Of a DNA stretch of 64,000 nucleotides, positions 52,325 through 64,000 are shown piece by piece (the stretch's first letter is position 1; each line of letters begins with the position of its first letter). This DNA comes from Lama glama (Eukaryota). The stretch covers positions 56,978,001-57,042,000 of the forward strand of contig CM052821.1 of assembly GCA_028534125.1 (NCBI GenBank), given 5' to 3'. Position numbers and translations under genes: made by a program. Below the pieces are notes generated by a model. It was not told the origin of the DNA and searched no databases. It was given only the letters and a program-made list of their open reading frames with translations.

Positions 52325-55300
52325 CTAGGGAGAGCACAGGACCACCTGCAGGTCCATGGGCAGAGAGCGGACGACCGTCTCGATGTACAGCCGTGCCCGC
52401 TTCATTGTTGCCTCCTTCACGGGAAGCTGGTGACCCTGTGCCCGAACCTGCAGGGGCAGCAGTGGTCAGGGGCAGGCGACCTCCAAGTGCGGCTGGCCAA
52501 GGTTGGGCAGGGCTGGAAGGCATCTCACCAGCCTCTCCCGAAGTTTCAAAACCAGGTCCACGACCTCCACCTCGGACTTGTCCTTCATCCAGATCTCAAT
52601 GTTCTGCTGGGAATAAGGTGGGGCATCTATATCACCCAGGCCCTCCCCCAGCCCTGGGCCTGTGACCCCCCCCCAGCCCCCCTTACCGCCTCACAAATGG
52701 CCTCGAGGTGCAAGGCCTCCAGCTTCTGGGCCATCTCTTTGTGCCGCTGCCGGTACCAGCCATCAAAATGGGGGGACTTGAAAAACCGCCTGTGGGGGGC
52801 AAGGGGCAGCAGCTATGGGGCTGATCTTGTACACCAAGGGGTAGGCACAGCCACCAGCAGCAGGAGCCCCAGGACCCTGCCTGCTGTCCACCCACCTGTA
52901 GAGGCCCAGCCAGTCGCCCTTAAGCATGCAGGTGAGCTGGGGCCCTGAGTGCTCCAGGCTACGCAGGAAGTCATCCTGGCGGAAGGGGCGGATCTGGGGA
53001 GGGGTCTGAGACAAGGGCCAGGTGAGCCCAGGTGCCTGGGGGGAACTTGGCTGCTCAGGACTTTCCCCCAGGGCACTTCCCAGACTCACTCCTAGGCCAC
53101 TCACCCTCCTGGGACAGATCCTAGGGTGGCCCTTCCCAGAGAGGAGGACCTTGAGCCCCTCCATGTGGCCCCATTTCTCTGTCCTGTGAGGGACACCTGG
53201 CAGGTGTGAGGACAGCCTGGCCCTGGGGGGGGCTCCCACCCACCCATGACCTCCCTCACTCCCCCCAGCCCCACCCCGGACCACACCTTCCAGGGCGTGA
53301 TGCTCTTCTGCAGGGGCATGAGGCTGGCCATGTAGTGCTCCTGCGGGGGGAGGAGGGTAAGCCTGGGCCTCAGCCCCCCCCTACCGTGGCCCTCCTCCCC
53401 AGGCCTCACCAGAGGGATGATGAAGCTCTGTGTCAGCTCCAGGAGGTGCCTCCTCAGCAGGGCGCTCAGCAGGTCTGAAGGCCGCTCCCTCTGCAGGCCC
53501 TGGGGGGGGAGGTGTGGGGGGGCAGCTGAGCCCGGAGCAGCCACAGCCTGGGCCCCCCTCACCCCCGCCCTCCCGCCCCCAACCTGCACCTTCAGCAGCC
53601 GTCTGAGCAGAGCCTTGTCTCGGTGGAGGTGGGCCGTGTATGCCGTGTAGAGGCCTGGGGAGGGCAGGGTAGCAGTGTGCTCTCCTGGGGAGGGGGGCAC
53701 TCCCTTCGGGGTGCTGGCGCATTGCCCACACCCACCTCACCCCAGTGCCTGCCCGGGTCCCGGGGGAGAGGGGCTCAGACCTGGCTTGGTGTCCAGGGTC
53801 TTCAGCCTTGAGGGCTTTTTCAGCTTGACCTGCTTAGGAAGGTCCCCTAGGAAACAAGCCCGAGGTGGGCCTCAGGGCCGCAGTTCTGCCTCAGGCTCAG
53901 ACCCCTCACAGACCCCAGGGCAGAGGCCACACTCACCTGACATCCTGGGCTCCCCGATGCGGAGGATGTGGGGCCAATGCTGGAGTGTTTTGATAAAGAA
54001 AGGGTTTGTGACCCCCAGGACCACGTTTGGTCTAGAGAGAGAGAGAGAGGAGGAGGAGGAGGAGGAGAAGGAGGAGGGAGGGGGAGGGGAGGCAGAGGCA
54101 GGAGGGCAGGCAGAGAGGGCTGTGCAGGAGGCTTACGGGGCCTGCGTGCGCGTCGTGAACTCCTTGAACTCACTGTCGTGGACGGTGAAGTAAGGGCGGT
54201 AGTCGCAGCAGAACTTGAGGGGCTGCAGGCAGCTGTGGGGCGGGGGCACAGCGGGGCAGTGAGCATGGCAGGGCTGGTCCAGAGCCCCTACTCCCCTCCC
54301 ACTGCTGCCTGGCCCACCTGGTCAAGGCCAGCACCATCTCCGAGGACACGGCAGGTGAGGGTGCCAGGACCACCAGTGGCTCCCCGAGGAGCATGAGCTC
54401 CCACAGCATCTGCACGTGGGCCAGCACGGGCTGGAAGCACCTGGGCCAGGCAAGGGTGTCGGGGGCCGCGCAAGGCTGGAGGCCCCCCAGCCCATGACCA
54501 CCCCCCACCATGGGCACAGGCAGGCCCAGCTCGGGTGAACACCAGGCACCACACCAGAATAAAGACGGGGACGGGAAAGGATGTCTGAAGATACTGCCCC
54601 ACACTCCGCTGGCCCACCTGTGTCGCCTGACCCTGTGCCCCACGTGTCTGAGGCTGGCAGCCCTGGCTCCCGCCGGGCCCAGCGCAGAACAGAACGGTCT
54701 CCAAAGGCAGAGCCCCTGGAGACTCTCCCAGAGTGGGCAGCATCAGGCAGTAAGTCTCCCAACATGCCACTCCCCTCCGGCACCCACCTGCCAGGACCTC
54801 ACTTCCAGCCCAGAGTGCCCACTGCCTCTGGGTGCAGACCCTGGGACCCCGGGCTCTTCTGCGTGATTCTCCCCCACAGAACTGGCCAGGAGCTGACTCC
54901 GGCGGGGCCGAGCCCCCCACAGCTCCGCCCCCACCCCACAGGCCTGAGCCTTGCGGGCTGACTGGTCAGTCATCTACTGGGGCAGCAGGCAGTGGCTGGC
55001 AGGGCTCACCTGAACAGGTCCAGTTCGTGGACACTGCTGAGGACCACGGGGGCTGGGAGCAGGTTCTGAGAAGAGGGGGCTGGGGTCAGGCTGAGGGCGA
55101 GGCTGGTGATCCACAGGCCTCAAGCAGCACCTCTCACCCCAGGGCAGCCCCTGTCCACATGCCTCCCAGCCCCACAGTGACAGCAGGGCCCCCGTGTCTC
55201 TGCCGGTGGGCCAGGGCAAGAGATGGTGGTGAGCTCCCAGCCCTACACTGGGACACAGGCCAACCTCAGGCCCTCAGCTGGTGGGATGGGGAGGCCCAAG

Positions 55301-58300
55301 TGAGTGGAGAATTGAGGCAGGTGTAGTGCCACTGGCCCAGGAGCGGGGGCTCCCACCTCATGGCCGCACTGCTTTGGAGGACTGGATTCTGGCTTGTCTG
55401 CCCTGGATGGGATGTGCACCTGGGGACCAAGGAAGCAGCTGCCAGTGGGAGTGGGTATCTACATGCACCTGGGCCTTCCCACCCCTGCCAGCCAGCCCTT
55501 ACCTGGAGGACGACTCCCATGACAGGCAGGTTCAGGGTCTGCCCAGGCATGGGGGCTGGCCACTGGTCAATCTCACTGCACACTGTGAACACAGGTGGCC
55601 AGGGTCAGGGGCCTGCCCTGAGAGGACGCTGCCAGCCAAAGCTGCTGAGGCTACAGCCAGGTTGACGGGACCGCTCCGGTCGCACCTGACAGCCACTCAC
55701 CCGCTTCCAGACAGGGCACCAGCTTGTCGAAGTACTCAGGGGCAATCAGGCTCAGCAGTGCCTGGAAGAGCCGGACAAAGGGCAGGCGGGACACCAGCAC
55801 CAGAGACTGCAGGGCCCAAAGGCCGGTGAGACGTCACCTCGGCCACTCAGGACCCTGCAGGGACCTCTGAGACCTGGCTCATCCAGAGTCCGCCCAGGGC
55901 AGGACGTCCTACCTACTCCATAGCACAGCTGTCCCCAGGAATTTGGGACTCTGGGGTTATTAGAAAACCCCAATGACAGCAGGGCGGGGCAGGACCCCAG
56001 CCTTCAGAGGGGAATGCACGTGGCCAAGATTTCTGGTCCCACGGGTCAAACAAGAGTGTCTTTTGGTGTTTGAGTTCAAGACTGAAGTTGTCCTAATCTT
56101 GAAAAGGTGATGAGGGCCGCCCTCCCACCAGCAGCAAGGGACAGGGATGTCCTGGGCCCAGACACAGAGCTGTGGGTGCTGTTCTGGGCGAGGATGGGGC
56201 AGCAGGGCCTACTGCCCTGGCAGCTCAGTGGCAGTCCCTCCCTGTGGCTGCTGGCCCCCGCCTCCCTGCAGCACCACCTCAGAATGGCCAGGGGCTCACC
56301 TTCTGGAAGTAGCCCCTCTTCACGGAGCTGTCCTTCACTTGTCTGAAGTACACGTAGCCAAAGTAGTGTGCAGCCTCCCTCTGGAAGGAGTGGTGTCGGC
56401 CAGGCCCTACCCACTGCCCAGGCTTCCTCCTGCCCGCCTGGACCCAGCCATGGGGTCAGGCCTGGGAGTCGTGGCCCAGAAGGCGGGCAACTCCTCTTTG
56501 AGGGACGTCTCCACAGACACAGTGGTGAGCAGTCTGGGGGCTGGGCACATCTGGAGACTTCTGCTGGCCTCCACACACCAAGCCATACCCTGGTGCACAC
56601 CTGGTGCACTGGAAAAGCTCCAGGGACCCTGGCAAGTCCTCAGAAGGGCTGCCCCCCTCCAAATCAAGGCCAGGCTGCTGGGCCCAGCTTTCAGCAGTTG
56701 GAGACCCTCTCCCGCCACACAGCCAGACGCCTTGAAGGGGCTACTCGTACCCGCCTGACCCTGGCCCACAAGGAGAGGCAGCCCTGGCCCACCTGCAGAG
56801 ACACGGGGACCCCGCTGTCACCGTGCCTGTCATCTGGGTGCCAGAGGTGCCGCTGCCCTCCACACTGACGAATGCGGAAGCTGAACTGAGTGTCCCCGAG
56901 GCAGCCTGGGGAGGGAGGTGGTCCCCTTAAGCTGTGTCAGGTTGGACCCTCTCCTGCCAGTGTGCGGGGGCAGGGGACCAGGGGTGGAGGGGTTGGCCTC
57001 TGCTGGGCTGTAAACGCCTCAGAGAGAAAGCCCAGCCCTCTGGGTCTGCATCTGCCAACCGGGGTCCCTGCATCCTGATTCCTGCACCTGAGGGTTCACA
57101 TTCAGTGCGTGGAATGGCACCTGCAGTGTGCACAAGCGCCGGCGGGGGGCCCGAGATCTCAGCGTGGGCCGGCTTAGTCTGCCTGGGATGGAAGCCAGGC
57201 TGCCAGGGCACCTGAGCCCGGTAAGGAGCAGCAGCTGGGCCCCAGCTCCTGGTGGCCCCTCTGGTGAAGGAGACCACAGCCTGCTGGTCCCTCTTCCAGA
57301 GATATGTCTCCCCATAGGACCCAGGGGAGCCTGGCCGCCCTGCTGCAGCTGGGGATCTGGGAGTCTCTACAAAGCTGAGGGTAGGGCAGGTGCTCACTGT
57401 GCAGGCCTGGCCTCCTCTCCCCCGGCCCCAGAGCCCACCTCCAGGTGGGAGGGTTGGGATTGCCTACCTGAGTGGGAGTCGGGAAAGGACAAGTAGCAGA
57501 TGCTACTTTTCTGAAACACAGGAAACCGGGTGAGGGCCTGCTCCCCAGGCGATGTCCGTTCCCAAAGGGCAGGACCCACCTCCTTGTCCGTGAGCCGGGA
57601 GTCGCTGGGGTACACCAGCTGTGGGGGACAGAGACTCAGTCGTGCGGCTGGGCGGGTTTGGAGCTGCAGGCATGTCCCCTTACGCCCTGCCCCACACCCC
57701 AGCACTGCCCCACACCCCTCCCCTCCAGCTCCCTGCTGACCCTTCCCCTCCTCTCCTCTGGGGCCCCCCACCTCCCCAGGACCTTCTCAGCGGGAGGCCA
57801 GCACACACCTAGGCGAGATCCCAGATTCCCTTCTCACACTCTTCCCCTCAACGCCACTCGTCTGAACTGTGGCACGGGGCCCCGGCCTCCAGGTGTGGGA
57901 AGTCTGTCTGAAGCTGTGCCATTCCTTGGGCCCACTCCCTCAGACTGGGCCTGGCCAGTCTTTACTCAGAAGTCATGGGCACTGGCCTCCCTGTCTCTGA
58001 GCATCTTCACCCCAACCCTCTTAGTCAGGGGTCTGGGGGCTTCCGGCCTGTGCCCCATTCAGAGTGGGCCCGGGAGAGCACCCTGGGTCCCAGCAGTGTG
58101 CAGTGTGACCAGCTGGACAAGCTTTACACTCCCCAGGCATGAAAGCGCAGGCTGAGTGATCCGGGAGACGGCCTTCTCTGGGGGAGGTGGGCAGGAGGCC
58201 CAGGCAGCACCCAGCCCAACAGCTCCGTACACGGGCCAACGGCCAGAATGGATTTCCTTGCAGGAAAATAAAAAGGCAGGAGCTTCCAGAGCCCTCACTC

Positions 58301-61300
58301 TCCACGGGTCCCCAGGTGTTTCCTTAGGAGCTGGTGGACCCTGGGCGTCTCCGTTGCCCTGGTCTGCTTGGATGCAATGGGCTGGCTGTCCCAGGAAGTG
58401 GCCGTGCCTGCCGGGAGCCCATGCAGCCCAGGAGCTGAGGGCCTGTATGCATGGGCCCCTCCTCCCTCCATCTGCCAAACTCCTATGCTGAGGAGGAGTT
58501 GGGTTTTAGCTGCAATGAGGCTTCTTCTGGGGTGTGCCCTGAACCCCTAGATGGTGAAGTGCTGCATCCTGGGATTTGCACGGTTGGAATGATGCGGCTT
58601 CTGCCCTTGTTTGCTCTGGGCTCGCTGCTAGGGTCCTGTTGTCTCCTCTGCTGCACACCACACATCCCGAGGACAGGGACTGGGCCCTGGTACTTTTGCC
58701 TCCCAGCCCCTGGTGGGGAGCAGACCCTTACCAGACACTGTATAGGCACACTTTGCTGTACTGTGCTTCACAGACGTTGCGTTTTTTTACAAATTAAAGA
58801 TTTGTTGCAACCCTGTGACCAGCAAGTCTATTGGTGCCACTTTTCCAACAGCATTTGCTCAGTTTGTGTCTGCATCACATTCTGGAAATTTTTGCAACAT
58901 TTCAAACTTTCTCATTATATTTGTTACAGTGACCTGTGATCAGCGATTTTTGATGTTACTATACTGCAAAAAGATAATGACTTGCTAAAGGCTCAAATGA
59001 TAGCGTTTTTTAGCAAGAAAGCATTTGTTTTCCTATTTTTTGGTGGGGGGGAGATAATTAGGTTTATTTATTTATTTGTTTGTTTGTTTATTTATCTATT
59101 TATTTATATTTATTTATGCTAAGCACACACTCTACCACTGGGCTATGCCTTCCCTGAAACATCACTTCTATACTTCCTTTTTATTTTTTTACTATTACCA
59201 CGTTTAATAAAATTAACAATAATTCCTTAACATCATCTAATACCCAATCCATATTCAAACTCCCCAGCAGTCTCAACAAATGCCTTTTTTAACAGCTGAT
59301 TTTTCGGAATCAGGATCTAACAACTTTTATATTTCCTAGCACATTTGTGTGACTTGCTTTATTGCAGGGGTCTGAAAACAAACCCGCAGCATCTCTGAGG
59401 TGTGCCTGTATTTGCGGAATGTATGAAAACACGCCTATAAAGTATAATGAACAGGTGGATCATGTGGAAACCTCAAGATGTCAGCTAAGGAGGCACCGAG
59501 GAAGAAGGGGAGCCAGCCACTGTTTGTGCAGCTGGACCCACAGAGGTTCTGGGATGGCTCCTACTTGGGCCACGCCCCTGTGTGTTGTGTTGAGGAGAGT
59601 GGAGGAAAGGTAGATGCCTGGCAGCCAGGGCAGGGCCACGAAGGGCCCTCGGTGCTGAGGTCGGGCACTGAATCTGGTCTGCAGCCGCAGGAGTCTCGTA
59701 GCATCTGAGCAGGCCCCACATCCATGTCCAGGGTCTCCATGTCCAGGGGCTGGAAGCTGAGGCCAGAAGGGAGGCCATGCCCTGGCAAGGTAAGAAATGG
59801 CGCAGCCCTTGGAGAGAGGCAGAGGGCAGGAGGCTGTTCAGTGAACCCTGCCCCCGGGCCCGTGGAAGTCCCGTCCTTTCCACCGAGCTGGGCACGCAGG
59901 CTGCTGCTCCTGTAACCCAGTCGTCCCTGAGGAAGAGATGCGTGAGCTCTGCTTTCAGGTGCCTCCAGGGAAGTGCCTCTTAAAGTGTGGTGTGGGTCCC
60001 CGGCTCCTGGAGGTCCAACTGCCTTTCCCACTCCCGTCTCCTTGCTGTGTGTACCTTCTAGACGCTGTGACACAGGCCGTCGAGGGGTAGCCCTGAAGCC
60101 AATGGGAGAATCCAGCTGCCTGCTATTTGGCCAGATGTTAGTAAGGGTTGTAGAAGTGTCAAATAATGCCACTCTCCTAAGTTTGTTATTGAAAACATGG
60201 TTGTTTTGTGGAAGTATTCATAGTTCTATTAATATGTAAGGTATTTGTGTTTTCACAGTAGATTAATAAGTGTTTTTAAATTCTCTCAGGACTCCTGGAG
60301 GGCCGGGCCCTGTCTTCTTGTGCAGCTGTGTCCCTGTGTCCAGCACCAACAGTGCTGGGCCTGGCTGGTGGCAGCTGCTCAGTACTTGACTTATTGAATA
60401 AACGAATGGACAGCTCCTTGCCTTTGCTTTTGCTGGCCTTTTCAGGGGAAGGGTTCCTGCAACAGCCCCCTCTCCCCTGTCCAGCTGCCTCCCTCTCATC
60501 CTCCAAGATCTGGCCCAGCCCCATCCCTTCCTCTCAGCTGTGTCTGTCCCTGAAGTCTCAGTGATCCATGAGCCCCTGGAAGGCAGTCCCTGGTCTTCCG
60601 TCACATCCCAGCACCAAGGGCAGCGCCAGAGCCTTCGTGGTGCTCAGTCAGGCCCAGCCCTGCATAAGTGAGTGCAGGGCAAGTGCTCCCTGAACGCCTG
60701 TGGTTTCGGCTGAAGCGAACCTGATCTTCCCCATGATTTCCAGGGGAGGGAGAAACGGCAAGGATGAGGGCTGCGTGGTCGCAAGGCCTGATTCCTGCAG
60801 ACTTGACGATGAGGGGGTCCCTGGGTGACTCCTTCCCAGCTATACAGCCTCAGCCAAAGCTCAGAAGCCCAAGCACACGGATCTCTTAAGAATTCTTGCT
60901 TGAATGGTTATGTTCCAGAAAATTACACATGAGAGAATGCCTTAAGGAAACAGTGGGCTCTCTCCTCCTGCGATTTTACTGGGAACAATCTGGGCACCGG
61001 TAAGATGGCGACGGGCTCTGTGATGTTGGGCAAATCACCTCACCTCTCTGTGCTCAAGTCCCTCTGGCGAGCAGGGCTGTCACAGTAGCGCACGCCAGGT
61101 GGGGACAGGTGGGAATGAATGGGGTCTCCACAGAGAGTTGGGCAGTGTCAGCCCTTTCTGTTTATGAGACTTGGGCTTCCCCTGGCCTCACAGAGTTCAG
61201 CTAGGCCTTGGAAAACACCCCTCATCCTGACGTTGGCTTTCCCAACAAAGGTGGATCAGCCTCATCGTTGCCAACTGCAGTCACAGGACCCACCGCCTCT

Positions 61301-62195
61301 TGGGCTCTCAGAAAGTTCCTTCACCGGTGTGACGTCTACCTCCCAGCCTCCCTTGCACCAATCAGCTCCAGGGTCTGTGTCATGGCCTTCAGGGCAGGCG
61401 GAAGGCCTCACTCCCTGAGTCTCACATTTCCACTTAGACCCACTTGGGTGGGGGGTGGGGAAGTTTTGCAGGCAGAGGGAACACCCCAGGCTGGCTGGGC
61501 TGAGTGTGGCCAGTCAACAGAAGGATGACCACTGTGGCTGGAATGTGACCCCAACGGGTCTGGATGTGATTCTAAGTGAACAAGAAAATGTCTAAAGATT
61601 TTAAGCAGGAGAGCCACAAAGGGTGGACTTCCGGGAACAGCTGAAAAGGCAATGGAACTGAGATCCCTGCTGGAGGTGGAGCTGTCAGTCTTGCCCACGG
61701 ATGGATGTGGGGTGGAGGGAGGGGGAGTCAGGAGTGACCCCTGGGATTCTGGCTGGAGTAGGGGAGAAGGTATTGTGGCTAGTGTGAGGACAGATTTTTA
61801 TTGGGGAAAAAAATCAGGAGTACCACTTTGGCTACCCAAAGCGCAGGGCTCCTCTCGCCGCCCTCCCAGCCGGAGGTCTTGGCTACTGGCCTTTCATTCC
61901 TTTGCTGGGGCGCACCTTTTCGGGGATGACCGGTGCAGGATTTCGGAGATGGAGAGGCCATCGGGGGGCCTGCCGGGGGTACCTCACACGCACAGGAGGG
62001 CCCGCCCTCCCCGGCCCCGCCGCGCCCCCTCACCTCCAGCGCCTGGCCCAGCTCCAGGTCGAAGGTGACCACGCACACGCACTCCAGCCAGGCCGAGAAG
62101 CGCGCCCAGGGCGCCCCCGGAGCCCGCGTCGCGGAGGACGGCGCGCCGGGGCGGCCGCGAGCCGGGTGAGGCGCTGCACCGGGCCCAGCGTCCAT
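52325..62195 (-). CDS. DENND6B: DENN domain-containing protein 6B (FAM116B, Rab14 GEF family), 580 aa, 20 exons: 62034-62195, 57580-57618, 57468-57510, 56793-56905, 56300-56380, 55701-55806, 55503-55582, 55357-55419, 55010-55065, 54318-54440, 54137-54232, 53937-54031, 53781-53846, 53590-53654, 53410-53499, 53287-53340, 52896-53005, 52687-52789, 52529-52603, 52325-52447
   Basis: GCCGCCATGG Kozak; [123 protein letters not shown]. Exons sum to 1743 nt; gene order fits the MAPK12-MAPK11-PLXNB2-DENND6B synteny block. Confidence 0.96.
54034..54120. repeat. Purine-rich (GA)n/(GGA)n low-complexity tract filling DENND6B intron 11
   Basis: 87 nt with no T on + strand, so no A in the pre-mRNA. Confidence 0.9.
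58743..59408 (+). mobile_element. Internally deleted Tigger1-family (TcMar) DNA transposon with TA target duplication, interrupted at about 59036-59330
   Basis: Ends TA|TAGGCACAC ... GAGGTGTGCCTG|TA; internal TTTTTACAAATTAAAGATTTGTTGCAACCCTG and ACTGCAAAAAGATAATGACTTGCTAAAGGCTCA match Tigger1 as I recall it. Confidence 0.8.
59036..59154 (-). mobile_element. Camelid-type SINE, internally deleted (B-box region missing), inserted in Tigger1
   Basis: Tail GGGGGGGAGATAATTAGGTTTATTTATTT and head GGGAAGGCATAGCCCAGTGGTAGAGTGTGTGCTTAGCAT (minus strand), homologous to the copy at 11168. Confidence 0.75.
60320..60412 (+). mobile_element. L2 LINE 3' end remnant
   Basis: CTGTGTCC..CAGCACCAACAGTGCTGGGC...CTCAGTA..TATTGAATAAACGAATG, a typical L2 tail. 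Confidence 0.5.
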
Positions 62196-62680
62196 GGCGG
62201 CAGCTGCAGGGCAGGGCGCGCGCTGCCCGGGAACGGCCGCGCGTTGTCGGGGGAACGGCCGCAGGCGGCGGCCTGGGCTCACACGGGCCGCGCAGTCGAG
62301 CGGCCGCCGCGGACCAGAGCGGCTCGCGCAGCCGCGGCCTCGCACGCCCCTGGCGGCCGGAGGAGCGCCCTGCGGCGGAGCGGAGCCCTACTCACCAACG
62401 AGAAGGGCCTGCTGGCGCAGAGGGGCCCCGCGCCTGGAGAAGGGACTTCCGGTGGGGCGTGTGGCCCGAGCAGGGGCGGGTTAGGCCGGGGTCGCGGGGC
62501 GCCCCGCGGCCGGGCCGGGGCGAGGCTGGGTGCCCCACCTCCGGCCAGTTCTCCTAACCAGAGTTCTTCGCTACTGATCTCCCTTTCCTCCGCCGTCACA
62601 CACGGCTCCGCGCCTCCTTCGAGTCTCCTGCCTGGGGTCGGCCCCCTCCCCCCGTGGGGGTCCCGCGGAGGGTGTCACGT
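61960..62680 (-). promoter_or_regulatory. CpG island / DENND6B promoter with ETS site ACTTCCGGT (62445-62453) and GC boxes
   Basis: CpG density around the ATG at 62195. Confidence 0.85.
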
Positions 62681-62789
62681 CCTGCGTTTGTGTCTATTTT
62701 CTGAGGAGGAGGTAATTAGGTTTCTTCATTGATTTCCGCTTGGAGGAGTTATACAGCACTTTTGCCTACAGTCTATGGGCCGAAACTAG

Positions 62790-63056
62790 TCAGAGAAGGC
62801 AGTATGTCAAGGGAACCAGAGAGAAACTGGTAGATGCCACACAGCTGGGAAGATGGAGGAAGGGACCATGAGCCAAGGAATGCAGGAGGCTTCCAGAAGC
62901 TAGAACAGGCAAGGAACATCCTCCCCTAAAGCCTCCAGAAGGAAGGCAGTTTTGCTGACACCTTGATTTTAGCCCCGGAAAAGTTCAGAATTCTCACGTC
63001 CAGAACTGTAAGATAATAAATGTGCATTGTTTCAAGCCACTGAGTTTTTGGTAATA
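62790..63056 (+). mobile_element. MaLR LTR (MLT1-type)
   Basis: GAGCCAAGGAATGCAGG..CCAGAAGCTAGAA..GGCAAGGAA..CTGACACCTTGATTTTAGCCC..CCAGAACTGTAAGATAATAAATGTG..TTTCAAGCCAC. Confidence 0.85.
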
Positions 63057-63218
63057 TGAAAGTAACACATACGATATGCAGTCTTTTCTTTCTGGTTCCT
63101 TCACTTAGAGTAATATTTTTGAGCTTTATCCATGTTGTTGCCTATATCAGTGGTCTGTTCCTTCTTCTGAATAGTATTCCATTGTCCGGGTAGGTGACAT
63201 TTTCTTTACCCACTACAG

Positions 63219-63575
63219 TGTAATTATTTAAAGAAACCTCAGATAAAGTTGGAGTCAGGACAGGCCTGTAGGAGGCTCACCCATGCCCCCCATGCATCCT
63301 CAGGAAACAGGAAGACGTGTGTCTGGGTTCCCAGCCAGTCAGAGGCTGTCACAGCCCAATCAATGGGAAGCCTCCAATGAATCTTTAGTTATCACAACCC
63401 CTCCGAACTCCTCATTTTTCCCTGGAAAAGCAACCCCTCTTGGTCCTTGTTTTCTGAATTTGCCTGTGATCTTCCATAGTTTCCACATACTGAGTTGCAA
63501 TTCTTCTGGCTATTCCTGAATAAACTTGCTTTTGCTGGTAAAATAACTGGCTCTATTATATTATTAAAGTTGACA
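63219..63575 (+). mobile_element. Solo ERV-type LTR inserted into L1
   Basis: TG...CA ends, CCAAT boxes, internal AATAAA; splits the otherwise contiguous L1 sequence. Confidence 0.55.
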
Positions 63576-63708
63576 CATCAATTGATGGACATTTGGGTTG
63601 TTTCCAGTTTTTGCCTATTATAAACAATGCTGTATATAAATTTGCATACAAGTCTGTGTGTGGACCTATGTTTTAATTACTCTTGGGTAAACACCTAGGA
63701 GTGAAAGT

Positions 63709-63887
63709 NNNNNNNNNNNNNNNNNNNNNNNNNNNNNNNNNNNNNNNNNNNNNNNNNNNNNNNNNNNNNNNNNNNNNNNNNNNNNNNNNNNNNNNNNNNN
63801 NNNNNNNNNNNNNNNNNNNNNNNNNNNNNNNNNNNNNNNNNNNNNNNNNNNNNNNNNNNNNNNNNNNNNNNNNNNNNNNNNNNNNNN
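63709..63887. other. Assembly gap (N run)
   Basis: N run. Confidence 0.99.
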
Positions 63888-64000
63888 GTGATAGCTCATG
63901 TGGGTTAATTTAGCACTTCCCTAATGATTACTGATGTTGAGTATCTTTTCATGTGCTCGTAAGTCATTTCTATTACATTCTTTGGTGAAATAGTTAAAAC

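Larger units (their letters stand above)
63070..64000 (-). mobile_element. Old L1 (L1M-type) 3' fragment, interrupted by an LTR and an N-gap
   Basis: ATCCATGTTGTTGC..GAATAGTATTCCATTG and GATGGACATTTGGGTTGTTTCCAGTTTTTG..CCTAGGAGTG..CCTAATGATTACTGATGTTGAG. Confidence 0.75.

Noticed and set aside
53675-54193. Poly-Glu ORF ([10 protein letters not shown]) on +
   Set aside because: Translation of the intronic GA/GGA tract, antisense to DENND6B.
62696-62747. GGAGGTAATTAGGTTT homeobox-like motif upstream of DENND6B
   Set aside because: Matches the tail of the camelid SINE seen at 11168 and 59036; most likely a truncated SINE remnant.

Overview
GC-rich mammalian genomic DNA, syntenic with human 22q13.33. 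It is probably a camelid, judged from tRNA-derived Vic-1-like SINEs. Four spliced protein-coding genes lie head-to-tail on the minus strand: MAPK12/p38-gamma (exons 1-11; last exon is off the left edge), MAPK11/p38-beta (complete, 12 exons, 364 aa), PLXNB2/plexin-B2 (35 coding exons, 1841 aa, plus candidate 5' exons) and DENND6B (complete, 20 exons, 580 aa). I placed all exon boundaries by hand at GT/AG sites; exon phases are consistent and each CDS length is a whole number of codons. Almost all ORFs in the supplied track are partial exon read-throughs or GC-rich noise. There are CpG-island promoters, poly(A) signals, old and young repeats (MIR, L2, MER45A, Tigger1, MLT1, L1, LTR, camelid SINE) and two N-gaps. 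I found no convincing wholly new biological system. The most unusual signals are at the RNA-processing and regulatory level: (1) a DENND6B intron with no usable branch-point adenosine; (2) paired U12-type introns in both p38 genes; (3) a tandem-TEAD internal PLXNB2 promoter; (4) in-frame upstream ATGs for PLXNB2; (5) mirtron-like hairpin introns; (6) a possibly age-inverted nested transposon. Repeat-family names and comparisons with human are from memory and need database confirmation.
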